A stretch of DNA of 64,000 nt. It comes from Oopsacas minuta. Its lineage: Eukaryota; Animalia; Porifera. The DNA lies in the NCBI GenBank assembly GCA_024704765.1, contig JAKMXF010000300.1, positions 372,001 through 436,000 of the forward strand. Direction: 5' to 3'. Position 1 is the stretch's first letter. Every line of letters starts with the position of its first letter. The notes under the pieces are model-generated. The model was not told the DNA's origin. It saw only the letters and a list, made by a program, of their open reading frames with translations, and ran no database searches. A program made the translations under genes and the position numbers. This document shows, piece by piece, positions 44,810-56,400 of this stretch.

Positions 44810-45704
44810 TTGTACATTGCATACACAACAACTGAGTATAATTCAACTGTCAGAAAAGCTGTGACTAGCTTATATATTCTACACTTCTCAATCCAGGAAC
44901 TTCTAGTAGCTTAGCAAAGTACTAGAAAAACAGACTCAAATAGTAACATAGCAGTGAATTTTAGTATTCGACGTTTGGTATGAGCTGTATAAATACCTAA
45001 GAGTTGAATAAGAACCATGGATAAATTTACAGATTGCAAGCGAAAGGAAGAAGGCAACACAGTTTTGATTATATCGACTTGAAACCATTTCGCAGTTTTA
45101 TGGATGTTTGCATATGGAACAAGTAGCGCTCATAAGAACTAGTAGATTACGCGCATTTCTCTACTACAGAGATGACAACTAAATCACCTACACAAAGCCT
45201 ATAATACGAATTCAGCTCAGTTCGCATAGGACGGAACATTGAATTGAATTATCTTGCTGCAATCAGCGCTAAGAATAAATAAAATTTTCAAATAACTGAC
45301 TGAAAATTATGCCCATTGTGGATAATAATTTAGAAAAGAGAGATAACTGGTTTGAAATCCCTGCAGTATACAACTTATCAATAAAGAAGACAGTCGAAAT
45401 GCAGCTACACATATTCATGCATCAGACATCTGTTCACTATGATACTAAATCCTTCAAAGTGTGACATCCACAAATCGCATCAATATGCAATGGCAGAGAT
45501 ATACAAATATTAGGATGAAGGATAAAGCTGAGAAGACAGACTAGCACTATTAGTTTTGTTTTACGGTTTGGTAATCAGCTTCGTGTGATTGTGAGATTAT
45601 TGAATGAGCTGAATCTAAAAAGAAATTAAAGGAATTAGAAATTAATATTATTAAGGCATAAACATCTCAGCACTGTTCTCTGCCTCGCAATACTTTGAAT
45701 ATGA

Positions 45705-45731
45705 AATAATAATAATAATAATAATAATAAT
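45705..45731. repeat. (AAT)9 microsatellite
   Basis: Directly visible. Confidence 0.9.
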
Positions 45732-45981
45732 ATCTATCTTAATACATAATGGATAACAAAATAATAAAATCATTATTAAAGTGCTGACAGGCATATCATT
45801 GTTCAGTAGGATAGGAAATAGAACGGATAGGACACAGGTCAGATTATTGTACTTAATGTCCTTATAAAGGGGACACTAAAATATAGGTATGTAAAAATGG
45901 AGGAGGAGGAGGAGATATGTGTGGGTGGGATGGGAGTAAAATTCAATACTATATGATTAAAACTTCATGGACCATGGGGGA

Positions 45982-48900
45982 CTAGTCGTCATCATGGGGT
46001 ACCATATCAGTGAAAGTACGGAGGTCATCAGCTGTAGGGGGGAACGCATCTAATAGAGGGCTGGGTGTGTCACGTAAATTCTTGTCTCTATTAGTACCTT
46101 TCTTCTTCCTGAACATGCTGAAGAAGCTGCCTCTCTTAGCTGCTGTAAGCTTGTCTCTGTTCTTATCAGTAACAGGAGTACTAGCACTTGTTCCTAATGG
46201 GATATGTATATTGTTACCACTCTCTGTAAGGAGAGACATAGGGTGTGAGTCTTTTTGAGCGGGAGAGTCTTGATTCATAGCTTTGAGTTTCTCTTCTGCT
46301 ATCTTGAATTGGATGTCTTTATAAGCAGTCAGCTGTTTGGCATCCTTAGCGAAGGGGTGTCGCTCTGAAACATCGTCACGCCCTTGAGCATTACGTTTGA
46401 ACTCTACTGGACCCAATGAGTCATCCTGTTCTGAAGCAAATGTAAGGTCAACTGGTGACAACTGCTCGAAAGGAGTGCCGATTGGAGGGGAATGGGGGTG
46501 AGGTCTGTGAGGGGTGGAGACGGGCGTAGACCCCTGACTAACCTCTCGTATTGTAGTCTTATAGATATCAGAATTAGCAAGAGGGCTCCTGATAGGAGGC
46601 TCTGTGAGAGGAACAGGTATACGATCTTGTTTACCAGTTGATAACAGTTGTGGATGTACACTCGTGAAGTAAGGAGATAGATCAATAGGGCTAGGATATT
46701 GAATCCGTCCTGTTCTAGAACGAGGACGTTTAGTAGAACTTATAGGAGCGTGAGGAACTGCACGAGAGGTCAGATTACGAGGTCCCCTGGGGGTTGATCT
46801 CCCTGTTGGGTATAGAGTTTGTAGAGTGTCACCTGATGGAGTTTTCTGTAGACTTGCACTCTTTGAAGCTGTTGATAGAGTTGGATGCTCTCGGTTCTTG
46901 TGTTCAGTGGGGGTTGGATTGCTCTCAATACTGCCATAAGGATTGTTTAGAGTTAAGGATTGGGGCCTTCTGAGTGCGAATAGATCATTAGAAGTATCCA
47001 TCGTCTCCTCCTTACACTCAGGTTCAAAAATATCAGTTACACACTCATATAGATGCTCCTTAGGTTTGCGTTTGAACACTCCCTCTCCATATTTGGGCTT
47101 AACCATGAGAGGAGCTTCGTAGATAGACTCACCCTTCCTCTTAGATTTATCCTCCCTAGTTGGTTGTGCATATATCTCTTCAGAGTATGTAGGAGTACGA
47201 GGAATTGAACTGTCAGTACTTTTTGATTTGCTAGTTGCGGTTATACGACCGTATACTACTCTATTCGGTCTGGTATATATTCCTTCTTCTGTGTTTCTAC
47301 GCTGGGGTCTAGCGTAGATATGCTCCTCCTCGTGAGAGTCTGTAGATCTCTGTATAGCTGTTCTGAATTTTGACATATCCGTAGGAGATAAGCCTCCCTT
47401 CTTTCCTCGCTTCTTGCTAGCATCCAGCTGCTCATATATATGACCTTGTGTTAGAGACCCGTAGTCAGGAGGTGGAGATTCTGATGTTTTGTCTCTACTT
47501 GTTTCTAACTCTGGGTGAGTATCAAGTACAGAGAATACCCTACCTTCTCCATTCTTAGGCAGATCTTCCATACATATAGGATGGTATATAGAAGGAAGTG
47601 TTTGTGGTGAGTTAGCATAGCCAGTAGGAATAGAGCTCTTACTACTGAGACTTAATTTCCTAGCATACAAGTAGTCCTGAGGCCGTTGAGGTCGTTTCCC
47701 ACTTCTAGCTGATACAGAAGGCTTCTTCAAGACTACCAATTTGATAACAGGCTGTTCAGGGCTAATCTTCTCTAATCCATACTTGAGTGTCTTCATAGCT
47801 TCTTGATTAGATTGTCCTACCAATACACAGCCATTTATTGATAATATCTGATCATTAGGTTTAAGTCTACCGTCCTTATCAGCAGCTCCACCTTGTACGA
47901 TAACCTTCACAAATATGCCTCCCTCCTGAGGCTTACTGTTAGTGTTCATACGTGTCTTACCCCGTACTGACACACCCAGACCTGTCTCTGTGAGGGGGAT
48001 CAGGAGAGGCTGTATCTTCTTGCCTCTAGGTGTGTATATTGTGGTATCAGTTAGAGCTGCTTGCTTCAAAAGGTTTTGAGTAGAAGTTGCCTTCTTGATC
48101 TCTTGCTTAGATCCTACATCAACTAGTGACTCTCTAGATTGTAAGGGTGAAATCTCATCTAATGAAGTGTTAGAAATCCCGATTGAGTTGATAGATTGTT
48201 CAGTTGTATCAACTTCTTTAACAGCTGTCTTCTCTTCCTCAGAGATAGTCTCTTTCAATACCTCAACAACTTGTGGGGTAACCACCAGATCCATGGTAGC
48301 TTCTTCTTCCCTCCTGTCATCATCAATACGAGCCTCAGTATAAGAACCTCCGTCAGGGTCTCCAGCCTGTCTAGACTTGTCCTGTCTGGATACTTTAAGC
48401 TTAACTCTACCTCGCTGCTTACGCATGTAATCCAAGCACAAGATATGTGTTAATGACGTCACGTCAGTACCATTAACTTCTAGCAATAGATCTCCTACTT
48501 TAAGATGTCCGTCTAATTGAGCTACACCTCCTGTTTTGAGAGAGGATACGAAATGAGGGTATGTCATCCCGTCAGCAGCTGTGTCTCGTGATTTTATACC
48601 AAATCCTAGTCCTCCTGGTCCCTTCTCCAACTCAATAGAGAATATAGCGCCGATACCTCGTGTTACACCTACCATAGAGGGGGGCTTGGTTACGTCAGGA
48701 GATTGTTCTTCTGGTTTATCAGGTTGTGTCATGGTTGGAGATGGAGTGTAGTGATTTGATTCTGATTTCTCAAGTTTTAGGAGAGGAAGAGGAGATCCAT
48801 TAATTGGGATTGAATCGATTAGAGGCATGACAGGAGCTGGAGGCGGGGAAGCACTTGTCTTTGCCCTCTTCTGGGGGAGAGCAGGACTATCCTCAGTACA

Positions 48901-50487
48901 CGAGTTATCATATGTCTCTAAAGTATTCGTAGCTATAGGACGTTCCTCTGGAAGCTCAATTGCGCTTTCTATCACCTTGTCAATGTGGTGTTCAGGCTGT
49001 TGTATCGGGGGTGTAACAAGGGGTAGAGTTCTCACCTCCACATTAGAGGGATCTTCTTGTACTAGTGTATTATTATCCAATGTATTCGTATACTCGTTAC
49101 GTGTATCAACCGGAGCATTACTATTGTTCTTATTGGTTGCTAGGGAGATAGATAAAGGACTATCTGTCCTCGGTAAGGATAGATTATGGTCCTTTGGGAT
49201 AGATCGTACTCTTGTTATGAGTCTTAGTGTTACCTTAGGGGAAGTCTTTCTATCAGTAGAATCAGTTTTGGTTAAAGTTTGATGAGGAGATGGCTCCTCT
49301 ACAGAATTTTCCTCTAATATAGGGTTAATCTCCTGCAGGTGTTGAGGCTCTGGGTTTATGTAGCCATGCATTACAGAGGGGCGGTACTTACGTCCGAAAG
49401 GGAGAGGAGGAGGGCTGAGAGAAGGAGAATCGAGCTTATCTTCTGAAACGTTAGGACTAATAATCTCTGGGTTGTTAGGGACAGCTGTTGGCCAGTTGTT
49501 ATCAGATTCAGTGAGAGGAAGACTGAGAGTATGTATCGCTTTAGAATGAGACTCAGGACTCTGTACGTTTAGGGGAGGGGGTATCGCACTGTTAGTAGAG
49601 AACCCACTGTCCCCTGAAGTGATACCCACTAGAGGACTAGTGTCATTAGAAGGGTAGTTATGCTCAGGGTTAGAGAAGGTGTGGGAATGGTAGGGAGGAG
49701 GCATAGAGGGCTGACATGCTCTATTCTCTTCAGATAATACAGAGGGACTCCTGGAGTGTACAGTAGTCATAAAGTTAGATGAATCACTTGTGTGTGGTAT
49801 ATCAGAGTTACAAGAATCAGGACGTGAGTAGGAGTAACGAGGCTGTATACGAGGCATCTCATAGTCAGTAGCAGTGTTCTGGAGATAGCTAGGTGCGAAT
49901 GATCGCGGGGGTGGATGTACCTCTCCATTAAAGTCATCATGCACTGGGTATTGCAAGTTAGATTGTCTTCTATCCTGTGTGTAGTAGGAATGATGGCAGA
50001 AAGCAGGGTATCTCTCAGGGGTTCCTATCTCTGTCTCTGCTCGGATGGGTAGGTGGATAGATTCAGGGTAGCCGTGTCCACTAGTTAGTAAGGTTGAGTG
50101 TACAGAGTCTCCAGCAATTGAATTTGCTCTATTTCCCCGAAAAAAATAGTCGTTTTGGAAGAAATCAACATCTTGATCCCCTTCTAACCTAGCGACTAGT
50201 ATCTCCTTGTTATCAAGTACGTCACGAATTATGTCATCTCCATCTAGAATATCTTTTGAAAGATTCTCAATATGTTTTACATTTATATCATCCAAACGTT
50301 GTGTTCCGTCTGCATCTGTTTCAGAGCTACTAGGAGTTAGATTCTTTCTCAAACGACGGAGAGCTTCATCTTTAAGTCTATTAATAGTCCAGGAGTCCTG
50401 ACAGGGGACCAATATCCTCATGTTCTTGCTAGAGTTATGTTCCAAGAAGAAGCATACTGTCACGCGATATTTGTCCAACGTATTCAT
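45982..50487 (-). CDS. PARD3: Par3/Bazooka polarity scaffold; single exon, 1501 aa from ATG 50487; CR1 + two PDZ + divergent CR3
   Basis: CR1 RVTVCF..ILVPC..ILDGDDIIRDVLD; PDZ2-like LEKGPGGLGFGIKSRD; PDZ3-like GLGVSVRG..GIFVK..GGAADKDGRL..NQEAMKTL; CR3-like FKRNAQGRDDVSERH. The ORF-track start at 50499 is a TTG. Confidence 0.88.
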   Translation of the reverse strand: MNTLDKYRVTVCFFLEHNSSKNMRILVPCQDSWTINRLKDEALRRLRKNLTPSSSETDADGTQRLDDINVKHIENLSKDILDGDDIIRDVLDNKEILVARLEGDQDVDFFQNDYFFRGNRANSIAGDSVHSTLLTSGHGYPESIHLPIRAETEIGTPERYPAFCHHSYYTQDRRQSNLQYPVHDDFNGEVHPPPRSFAPSYLQNTATDYEMPRIQPRYSYSRPDSCNSDIPHTSDSSNFMTTVHSRSPSVLSEENRACQPSMPPPYHSHTFSNPEHNYPSNDTSPLVGITSGDSGFSTNSAIPPPLNVQSPESHSKAIHTLSLPLTESDNNWPTAVPNNPEIISPNVSEDKLDSPSLSPPPLPFGRKYRPSVMHGYINPEPQHLQEINPILEENSVEEPSPHQTLTKTDSTDRKTSPKVTLRLITRVRSIPKDHNLSLPRTDSPLSISLATNKNNSNAPVDTRNEYTNTLDNNTLVQEDPSNVEVRTLPLVTPPIQQPEHHIDKVIESAIELPEERPIATNTLETYDNSCTEDSPALPQKRAKTSASPPPAPVMPLIDSIPINGSPLPLLKLEKSESNHYTPSPTMTQPDKPEEQSPDVTKPPSMVGVTRGIGAIFSIELEKGPGGLGFGIKSRDTAADGMTYPHFVSSLKTGGVAQLDGHLKVGDLLLEVNGTDVTSLTHILCLDYMRKQRGRVKLKVSRQDKSRQAGDPDGGSYTEARIDDDRREEEATMDLVVTPQVVEVLKETISEEEKTAVKEVDTTEQSINSIGISNTSLDEISPLQSRESLVDVGSKQEIKKATSTQNLLKQAALTDTTIYTPRGKKIQPLLIPLTETGLGVSVRGKTRMNTNSKPQEGGIFVKVIVQGGAADKDGRLKPNDQILSINGCVLVGQSNQEAMKTLKYGLEKISPEQPVIKLVVLKKPSVSARSGKRPQRPQDYLYARKLSLSSKSSIPTGYANSPQTLPSIYHPICMEDLPKNGEGRVFSVLDTHPELETSRDKTSESPPPDYGSLTQGHIYEQLDASKKRGKKGGLSPTDMSKFRTAIQRSTDSHEEEHIYARPQRRNTEEGIYTRPNRVVYGRITATSKSKSTDSSIPRTPTYSEEIYAQPTREDKSKRKGESIYEAPLMVKPKYGEGVFKRKPKEHLYECVTDIFEPECKEETMDTSNDLFALRRPQSLTLNNPYGSIESNPTPTEHKNREHPTLSTASKSASLQKTPSGDTLQTLYPTGRSTPRGPRNLTSRAVPHAPISSTKRPRSRTGRIQYPSPIDLSPYFTSVHPQLLSTGKQDRIPVPLTEPPIRSPLANSDIYKTTIREVSQGSTPVSTPHRPHPHSPPIGTPFEQLSPVDLTFASEQDDSLGPVEFKRNAQGRDDVSERHPFAKDAKQLTAYKDIQFKIAEEKLKAMNQDSPAQKDSHPMSLLTESGNNIHIPLGTSASTPVTDKNRDKLTAAKRGSFFSMFRKKKGTNRDKNLRDTPSPLLDAFPPTADDLRTFTDMVPHDDD

Positions 50488-50753
50488 CTCTAAACTCAAA
50501 AGTTCTCAGTTCAAATATCCGCTAATAATTAGAATATCATTATTCCTACAATAACATATTAGTATCAATAATATAATTAGAATTAGCATATTATCTATAG
50601 AGTGTGAGATGACCATTTTCGCAGCCTTATAGATAACATATTATCAATGCTAATTAGAGAGAGTCTCATGTTACGATAGATACTGTAAACAACTCAGAAA
50701 AGTCTATGCACAGAGCAAAGTAAAGTTCGAGGCTGGACGATCTCTTGATAGTT

Positions 50754-50772
50754 AGAGAGAGAGAGAGAGAGA
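50754..50772. repeat. (AG)n microsatellite
   Basis: Directly visible. Confidence 0.85.
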
Positions 50773-50985
50773 AGAGTGCCGTAAGTACAGTAGAAATTAG
50801 TAGCACACAAATTAGCAGAGATTCGAACTAAATACAGGATAGTTAATAGAGACACCTCCTTCTCTCGGGTCCCCTCAACTAATTTCTGTACGTAGCAGAT
50901 GATGGCTATGTGTGTGTGGGTCACAAACTGAAAGGATATTCTCTTGAACACAGGGTCAGCAGGTACTCGCCTCCCGTGACAGTAG

Positions 50986-52350
50986 CTAGTATTGTCTGCC
51001 GCCTCTGGGGGTGTGGTAGTGCTGACTGTCGTAATCAAAGCTTCTACCTCTATCACTGCGTCCTCTAGCGCTCCCTGAATCTCCCTCGTACCAGTTGTCG
51101 TAACGCCCCTTTCTGTCGTAACCCCCTCTATCATCGTATTCCCAATCCTTGTAATACTGATGTCCGTTATAATCCGAGGAGTATTTAGATCCTCTCCCTC
51201 TCTTCTTATTGCCCCCTCCTCGTCTAGAGTAGCCTCCTCTGTCTGACTGGTAGTAGCTGGGAGAGGACTTATAACTCCTGCTAGAGTACTCGCTAGACAC
51301 ACCCTTAGAGTAGTTATCATGTACTATAACAGTCTTGTCATCTGTCAGCTGTCCACTGCCCTTCTTAATACTGGTAGATTTGTCTGTAACGATTATTACA
51401 GAGCCTGCTTTAGGATTAGGTTTCTGAGGTGTATCAGATATAACCTTAGATCTGCTTTGAGCAGAAGGCCCTCTGAAAGTCTTTCTCTCCTTAACTATAA
51501 TATCTATAAGAACCTTATGTTATTCACTAATTTATAAATTACATACTTGCAGTGTAGTCTGTCTCCTTCACTACTGTAGTATTCCTCTTCTTTATAACTT
51601 TAGGCTCAGAGTATGAACTGGATCTAGCTCCACCCCTATTGTTACTGTACTTATGCTTCTGAATAAGGTGCTGGATTAGAGGGGTGGTCTGAGATGTGTC
51701 TGTTCGCTTCTCTGGCTCGACTTTATCCTCAACTGGTGACTTCGACTATAAGATATGGCATTCAAAATATAATTTACTTCTAGCAAAAGGAGAATTATTT
51801 CTAATAATTATACCTCATGTAGAGATTGTATGAATGCAAGGTAGTCTGGATCTGTTTCAATTGTTCCTTCCTTACTGTCTGTCTTTACAGATGCACGTTT
51901 TGGTACACGGTGGAATGGGGCGTATTCAAAAACTGGTCGGTATAGCCTGCCTGCACTCTTGAGAGGAAATCCGTCTAACTTTTTACAGAAACTGAATGCA
52001 TCTTCCTGACTGGTTAGATTAATGTAAGCTCGTGCAAATAGTGAGTCTTCCCGTGAGAACTCTGAATCACCCCTGGCTAGGTATAAATAGCTGTGATCAG
52101 GTATAGGATCTAAGAACTGAGTGAGCTCTGTGATGGTTATATTCTGGGGTAGTCTCCTGATTATTAGTTTTGTGTTTTGTAGCTCTTTGATAGCTTTCTT
52201 CCTCCCTAACAAACTCATCATACGGTCTTCGGTAGAATCAGTAGAAGGAAGAGTTGTAGATGCCAGCTTCTTAGCCGGTGAGGAGTTGGTATATACCGGT
52301 TCTTGTACCGGACCCCCGCGAGTATCCAGTCCGTTAGAGACAGCAGTCAT
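50986..52350 (-). CDS. UPF3: UPF3 nonsense-mediated decay factor; exons 52350-51814, 51745-51547, 51494-50986; 414 aa
   Basis: RRM-like KLIIRRLP..ARAYIN..EYAPF..GTIETDPDYLAF and TTPLIQHL; two GT-AG introns (68 and 52 nt); RGG/Tyr/Asp-rich C-terminus. Confidence 0.9.
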
Positions 52351-52539
52351 ACTAGAATGAAGTCATTTCAAATGAATAAAACTAATTAAGATGATTCTAA
52401 CATAGTATATCATTGGAAAATATGATCCAAAGTTCATTAGCATGTCACGGTACGATATAGCTAATGAAAGGATAAGACAAATGAATAAACCAATGCTACC
52501 ATGTACCAGGTGGGTATCATGTTATACCATTAGACAATG

Positions 52540-53073
52540 TTATATGTCTACAATCACATAACAGTCCCATTTCTTGCCATCTTCAGAGTTGATAACTTGC
52601 ATATTTGAGTAAGTAATTGCTTTGACTTCTGCCCCTTGAGGATGTTTTGAGATATCAAAAGTCTCGCCCCTACCAATAGCTGTAACTTTAAAATTTTTAA
52701 TATCTAAATGTGTTATTTTAACTTCTCTGGGTATAAAAAATGGATCAGCACTGAATAGAAATAGAAATTCGTCTAACAAATGAAAGAGCAGAGAGAGCAG
52801 GTCATCTCCTTCAGTAGTAATCTCCTGTGTAAATGTTGGTACTACATACTCAAGCTCTGTTATATAGCCGAACATAGCTACACAACACTGCTCGAAGGCA
52901 ATAGATAAATTAGGACCCCATGAGTGTAGCTGTATATCAGCTGTGTGGTCTAGATATTCGTAACCGAAATCAGGGAGAGGAGCAGGAGATCCTTCTGCAC
53001 CCGTATTTTGATGGTTCTTTGCTCTCACTTCTTCTGGCAAATCACAAGGAGCCGCGAGTTCTTTACTAGCCAT
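52540..53073 (-). CDS. ZBTB8OS: Archease (RtcB tRNA-ligase cofactor); single exon
   Basis: YEYLDHTADIQLHSWG, EVKAITYSNMQ and C-terminal VIVDI. Confidence 0.95.
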   Translation of the reverse strand: MASKELAAPCDLPEEVRAKNHQNTGAEGSPAPLPDFGYEYLDHTADIQLHSWGPNLSIAFEQCCVAMFGYITELEYVVPTFTQEITTEGDDLLSLLFHLLDEFLFLFSADPFFIPREVKITHLDIKNFKVTAIGRGETFDISKHPQGAEVKAITYSNMQVINSEDGKKWDCYVIVDI

Positions 53074-53418
53074 TATTCGCCTATTTACCTGAACAAAACA
53101 TTAATCAATAAACCGACATAACCAATGATTGAACCAAAACTGTGTCTAATAAGTTGCTATTGTGGGTAGAGAGTTGAATACGCATTCATAGAACAAAGAA
53201 TTGAATATGGTATACACAATACGTATGACAGATAAATATGTGAAACGTGAATATTTCTGCAAATAAAGTAACAATAGTATGGATTAGCTTACAAGCTATA
53301 TTTCTCTAAAAGGAGTAGAATTACTCACAAATAATGAATTGATTTGTGTGCGTACTGATGTTAATTAGCTGAGGTTTGCTGATTGTGATTAATCGCGTTT
53401 ATTAAATAGGTTGATATG

Positions 53419-56400
53419 TTACATATCTTCGTTAGTTGAGCTGCCACAATTGCTATCCTCAGAAGATTCGAAATAATTAAATTTTCGTTTGCTGCGGATA
53501 GATTTACGTTTCTCCTTTGGATTTGGAGTGCTGATGTGTTTCCCTCCTGTATTGTTTTTGTTCGTTTTGGATGATTTCTTCTTTGGAGCTTTCATTTGAT
53601 TATCTTTTGGAATTTGCTTATTATGTCCTGGTTCTGATAACTCGCTCGTTTCACCAAATAACTCTGTGTAAGATTGGTAAGTAGTCTGGTAAGTTTCAGG
53701 AAGAGATTCTCCTCCATCAACTTCTATTGCTTTATAAAGTTTATAGAATTCTTGGAATCTCTGTAAGAGCTCATTTCTACTTCTCAATACGAGTTTAGCA
53801 TCTTGACTCAGTTCTAATGCCTCTACTACTTCAACTGGTTCAAATTGAAGGTTTGGTGTTAATTTTCGCGATATAAGTTTGTCATATACTTTGGATGGTG
53901 CAGTAGGTATGTACTCATGACATCTAACATCCGTTAGACAATATATAGACTTTAGAAAAGATGAAAGATGCAAAAGAAGCATAATAGCATATGAGTGATA
54001 CACACTAGTTGCTAATCTCGAATCATCACAGAATTCAGACCTCAACAGAGATTCAGTATCCAGCATAGCAGACTCATCAAGAGCTTGCTGACCTTGTTGT
54101 GAGGATAGGGCTTTTAGACCCATAGATTCTTGGAAGGAATCGATTAAGGTGGGACCTGCCATTGATAAATGCACTGAAATATGGTGAATAACAAATAACA
54201 CTTCTCCCAATAGAGAATAGTTGAAACAAGCAAGGTTATCAGCAACGTAGAGTAAGAATGGAATGCCTTGTTTATCTACGTCATCGAATAACCTCACCAT
54301 TGTGAGGAGAAATGCTCTTCTCTGTTGTCTGTTGTTATGCACCATGTTATAAACAGGGAAGAGCTTACTCTCCATCCCCTCCCTACCTCGTATGAGACCA
54401 ACCCCAGAAGATAGAATTTCAAGAAAATCGAAACTCCTTCGAATCCCTAACACAACCTGTGTATGCATTAGCTTATTACTATGATTCATTTCCTCTAGCA
54501 TTAGCTCAGCTTTCTCCCGTATAGCTTGGTTACAATCTGTTACCATAGCTATGAGGCAGGGGATACACGGGGCTGGGTAGATCAAACCTTGACGTAGCAC
54601 CATTGATAAGAGACCAGTTATATGAGATCTAACCCTAACCTCAGCAGTGAAGAATGCATTCATAACGTAAGGGAGGAATCTCTGTATCATCGTGCTACTA
54701 AGAGTAGATTGCTTATCTCCAATATCTTGTAGAGTTCCCTCATCATTTCCATCCTTCTTCCACTCTTTGTCTGCTCTCTTCAACCTCTCTTCATCTTCTT
54801 GGAGATGGTTTGTAAGGTTAGTTAGGACTTGACACTTCTTGGATACACATACATCACTTAGACATTCAGAATATAACTCTATAGCCTCATCCTCAAGCAT
54901 GAGACTAGGATGAGCTAGGAAGAAGAACCCCAAACCTACCAAACTCTTCTCCTGACACTCTGGAAATATATCCTGCTTTGCGAAATATATCAACTTAGAA
55001 AACACTCTCCTGGTTGGAAGTATGCCATCTTTCTGCTTAGCTATAATAGTGTCTATCTCGAAATAGCGACAGAGTAATCCAACTGTGAATAGAGACCTCA
55101 GGATAATCGGTTTTAACTGAGCAAGCTGAGAGGAGTTACTTAATAGCATAGAATGACTACGTTCTAGACATTCAGAGAATTTACAGAAACACTCCTGTAC
55201 AAGCTTAAAGTTATGTGTAACAGAGTTAACTAGTGCTGCTAGACAAGACAGACTAGCTTCTACTATCATAGAGCCTGATGCCATTGAGAGCTTCATGAGG
55301 TTCTCCTCGGTGGAAGCTAAGAACTGAGGACCAGGTTTGTGTGAGACAAGGAGAGGGATGGAGTTTGAGAAAGCCCTCAGGAGATGTGTTAGCCCTATTA
55401 GCTCCCCCTGAGTAGTACAGTGTGATGCAAGATAAGGCTGTAGAGCAGTGAGATGCGATACTAGAAGAGAACCGTCTATAAGAGACAGTACGTGTAGTGT
55501 TGCGTTCATTGGAATCATTTTAGCAAGAGAAGCTCCTTGTTCATCAAGCTGTAGGATAGATTCTACTAGAGAATCTGTGATCTTTCTACAAAGGTTCCTT
55601 TTCTGTTGATCTACAATACCGTCAGGTTTGAGTAATAGAGTCAATAGCTCTTGTACCATGGTAAAACCAGGTGGTTCATCTAATGCGAATACTACATTAT
55701 AAATACTCTGAGCTCTCTTCTTTTCCTCTTCTTTGTTACAGGAGGAGAGGGGACTGAACCACAGGTCCTGGAACATACCTACAATCAACTGTTGAACAGA
55801 TTTCTCCTCCTGTACTCTCATAACTAGTTTCACACATAAATCAGTATGAACAGCTGGAGGCATTTTATGAATAGAATCTCTGAGTATTCTTATAACTCTC
55901 TTTCTAACAGCTATACTAGTATCTAGCATCCTCTCAGATAGAATATCATAGAACTCTGTAGCTAGTTCTGGTCTCTGCTGTAAGGATCGCCCTACCAACT
56001 CTACAGTAGTCTCTCTAACCATGGATGACATGTCACACATACGAGTACGCACCCAAGTTTTAAGATCAGATGATCCGATGAGGGTGGGGTCTACTGAAAG
56101 GACAGAGGTGAGACTCTTCATGGCTCTTGTCCTTAATTGTACATTAGTCTCATTAACCATCCTAATCAGGTGATTAAGATAGAAAGAGAAGTTTTGTAGT
56201 AGAGACAGGTTTGCTGTTAAAAAGCGCACGAGAGAGGTAGCTGTTTGTGAAGTTACTTTATAACAGATCTTACTAGCTGATTTGAATGGGTCTGTATCAG
56301 TTAATAATCTTAAATAGAATTCTCTGAAAGCTTGTTCCCTAGCAGAGGATATACCTGGACTAACTAACTGACAATCATCTAGATCAGCTGTCTTCTCTTT

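Noticed and set aside
50694-51320. 208-aa minus-strand ORF overlapping UPF3
   Set aside because: An alternative frame of the repetitive RGG exon running into a 3'UTR microsatellite; the spliced UPF3 frame explains the region.
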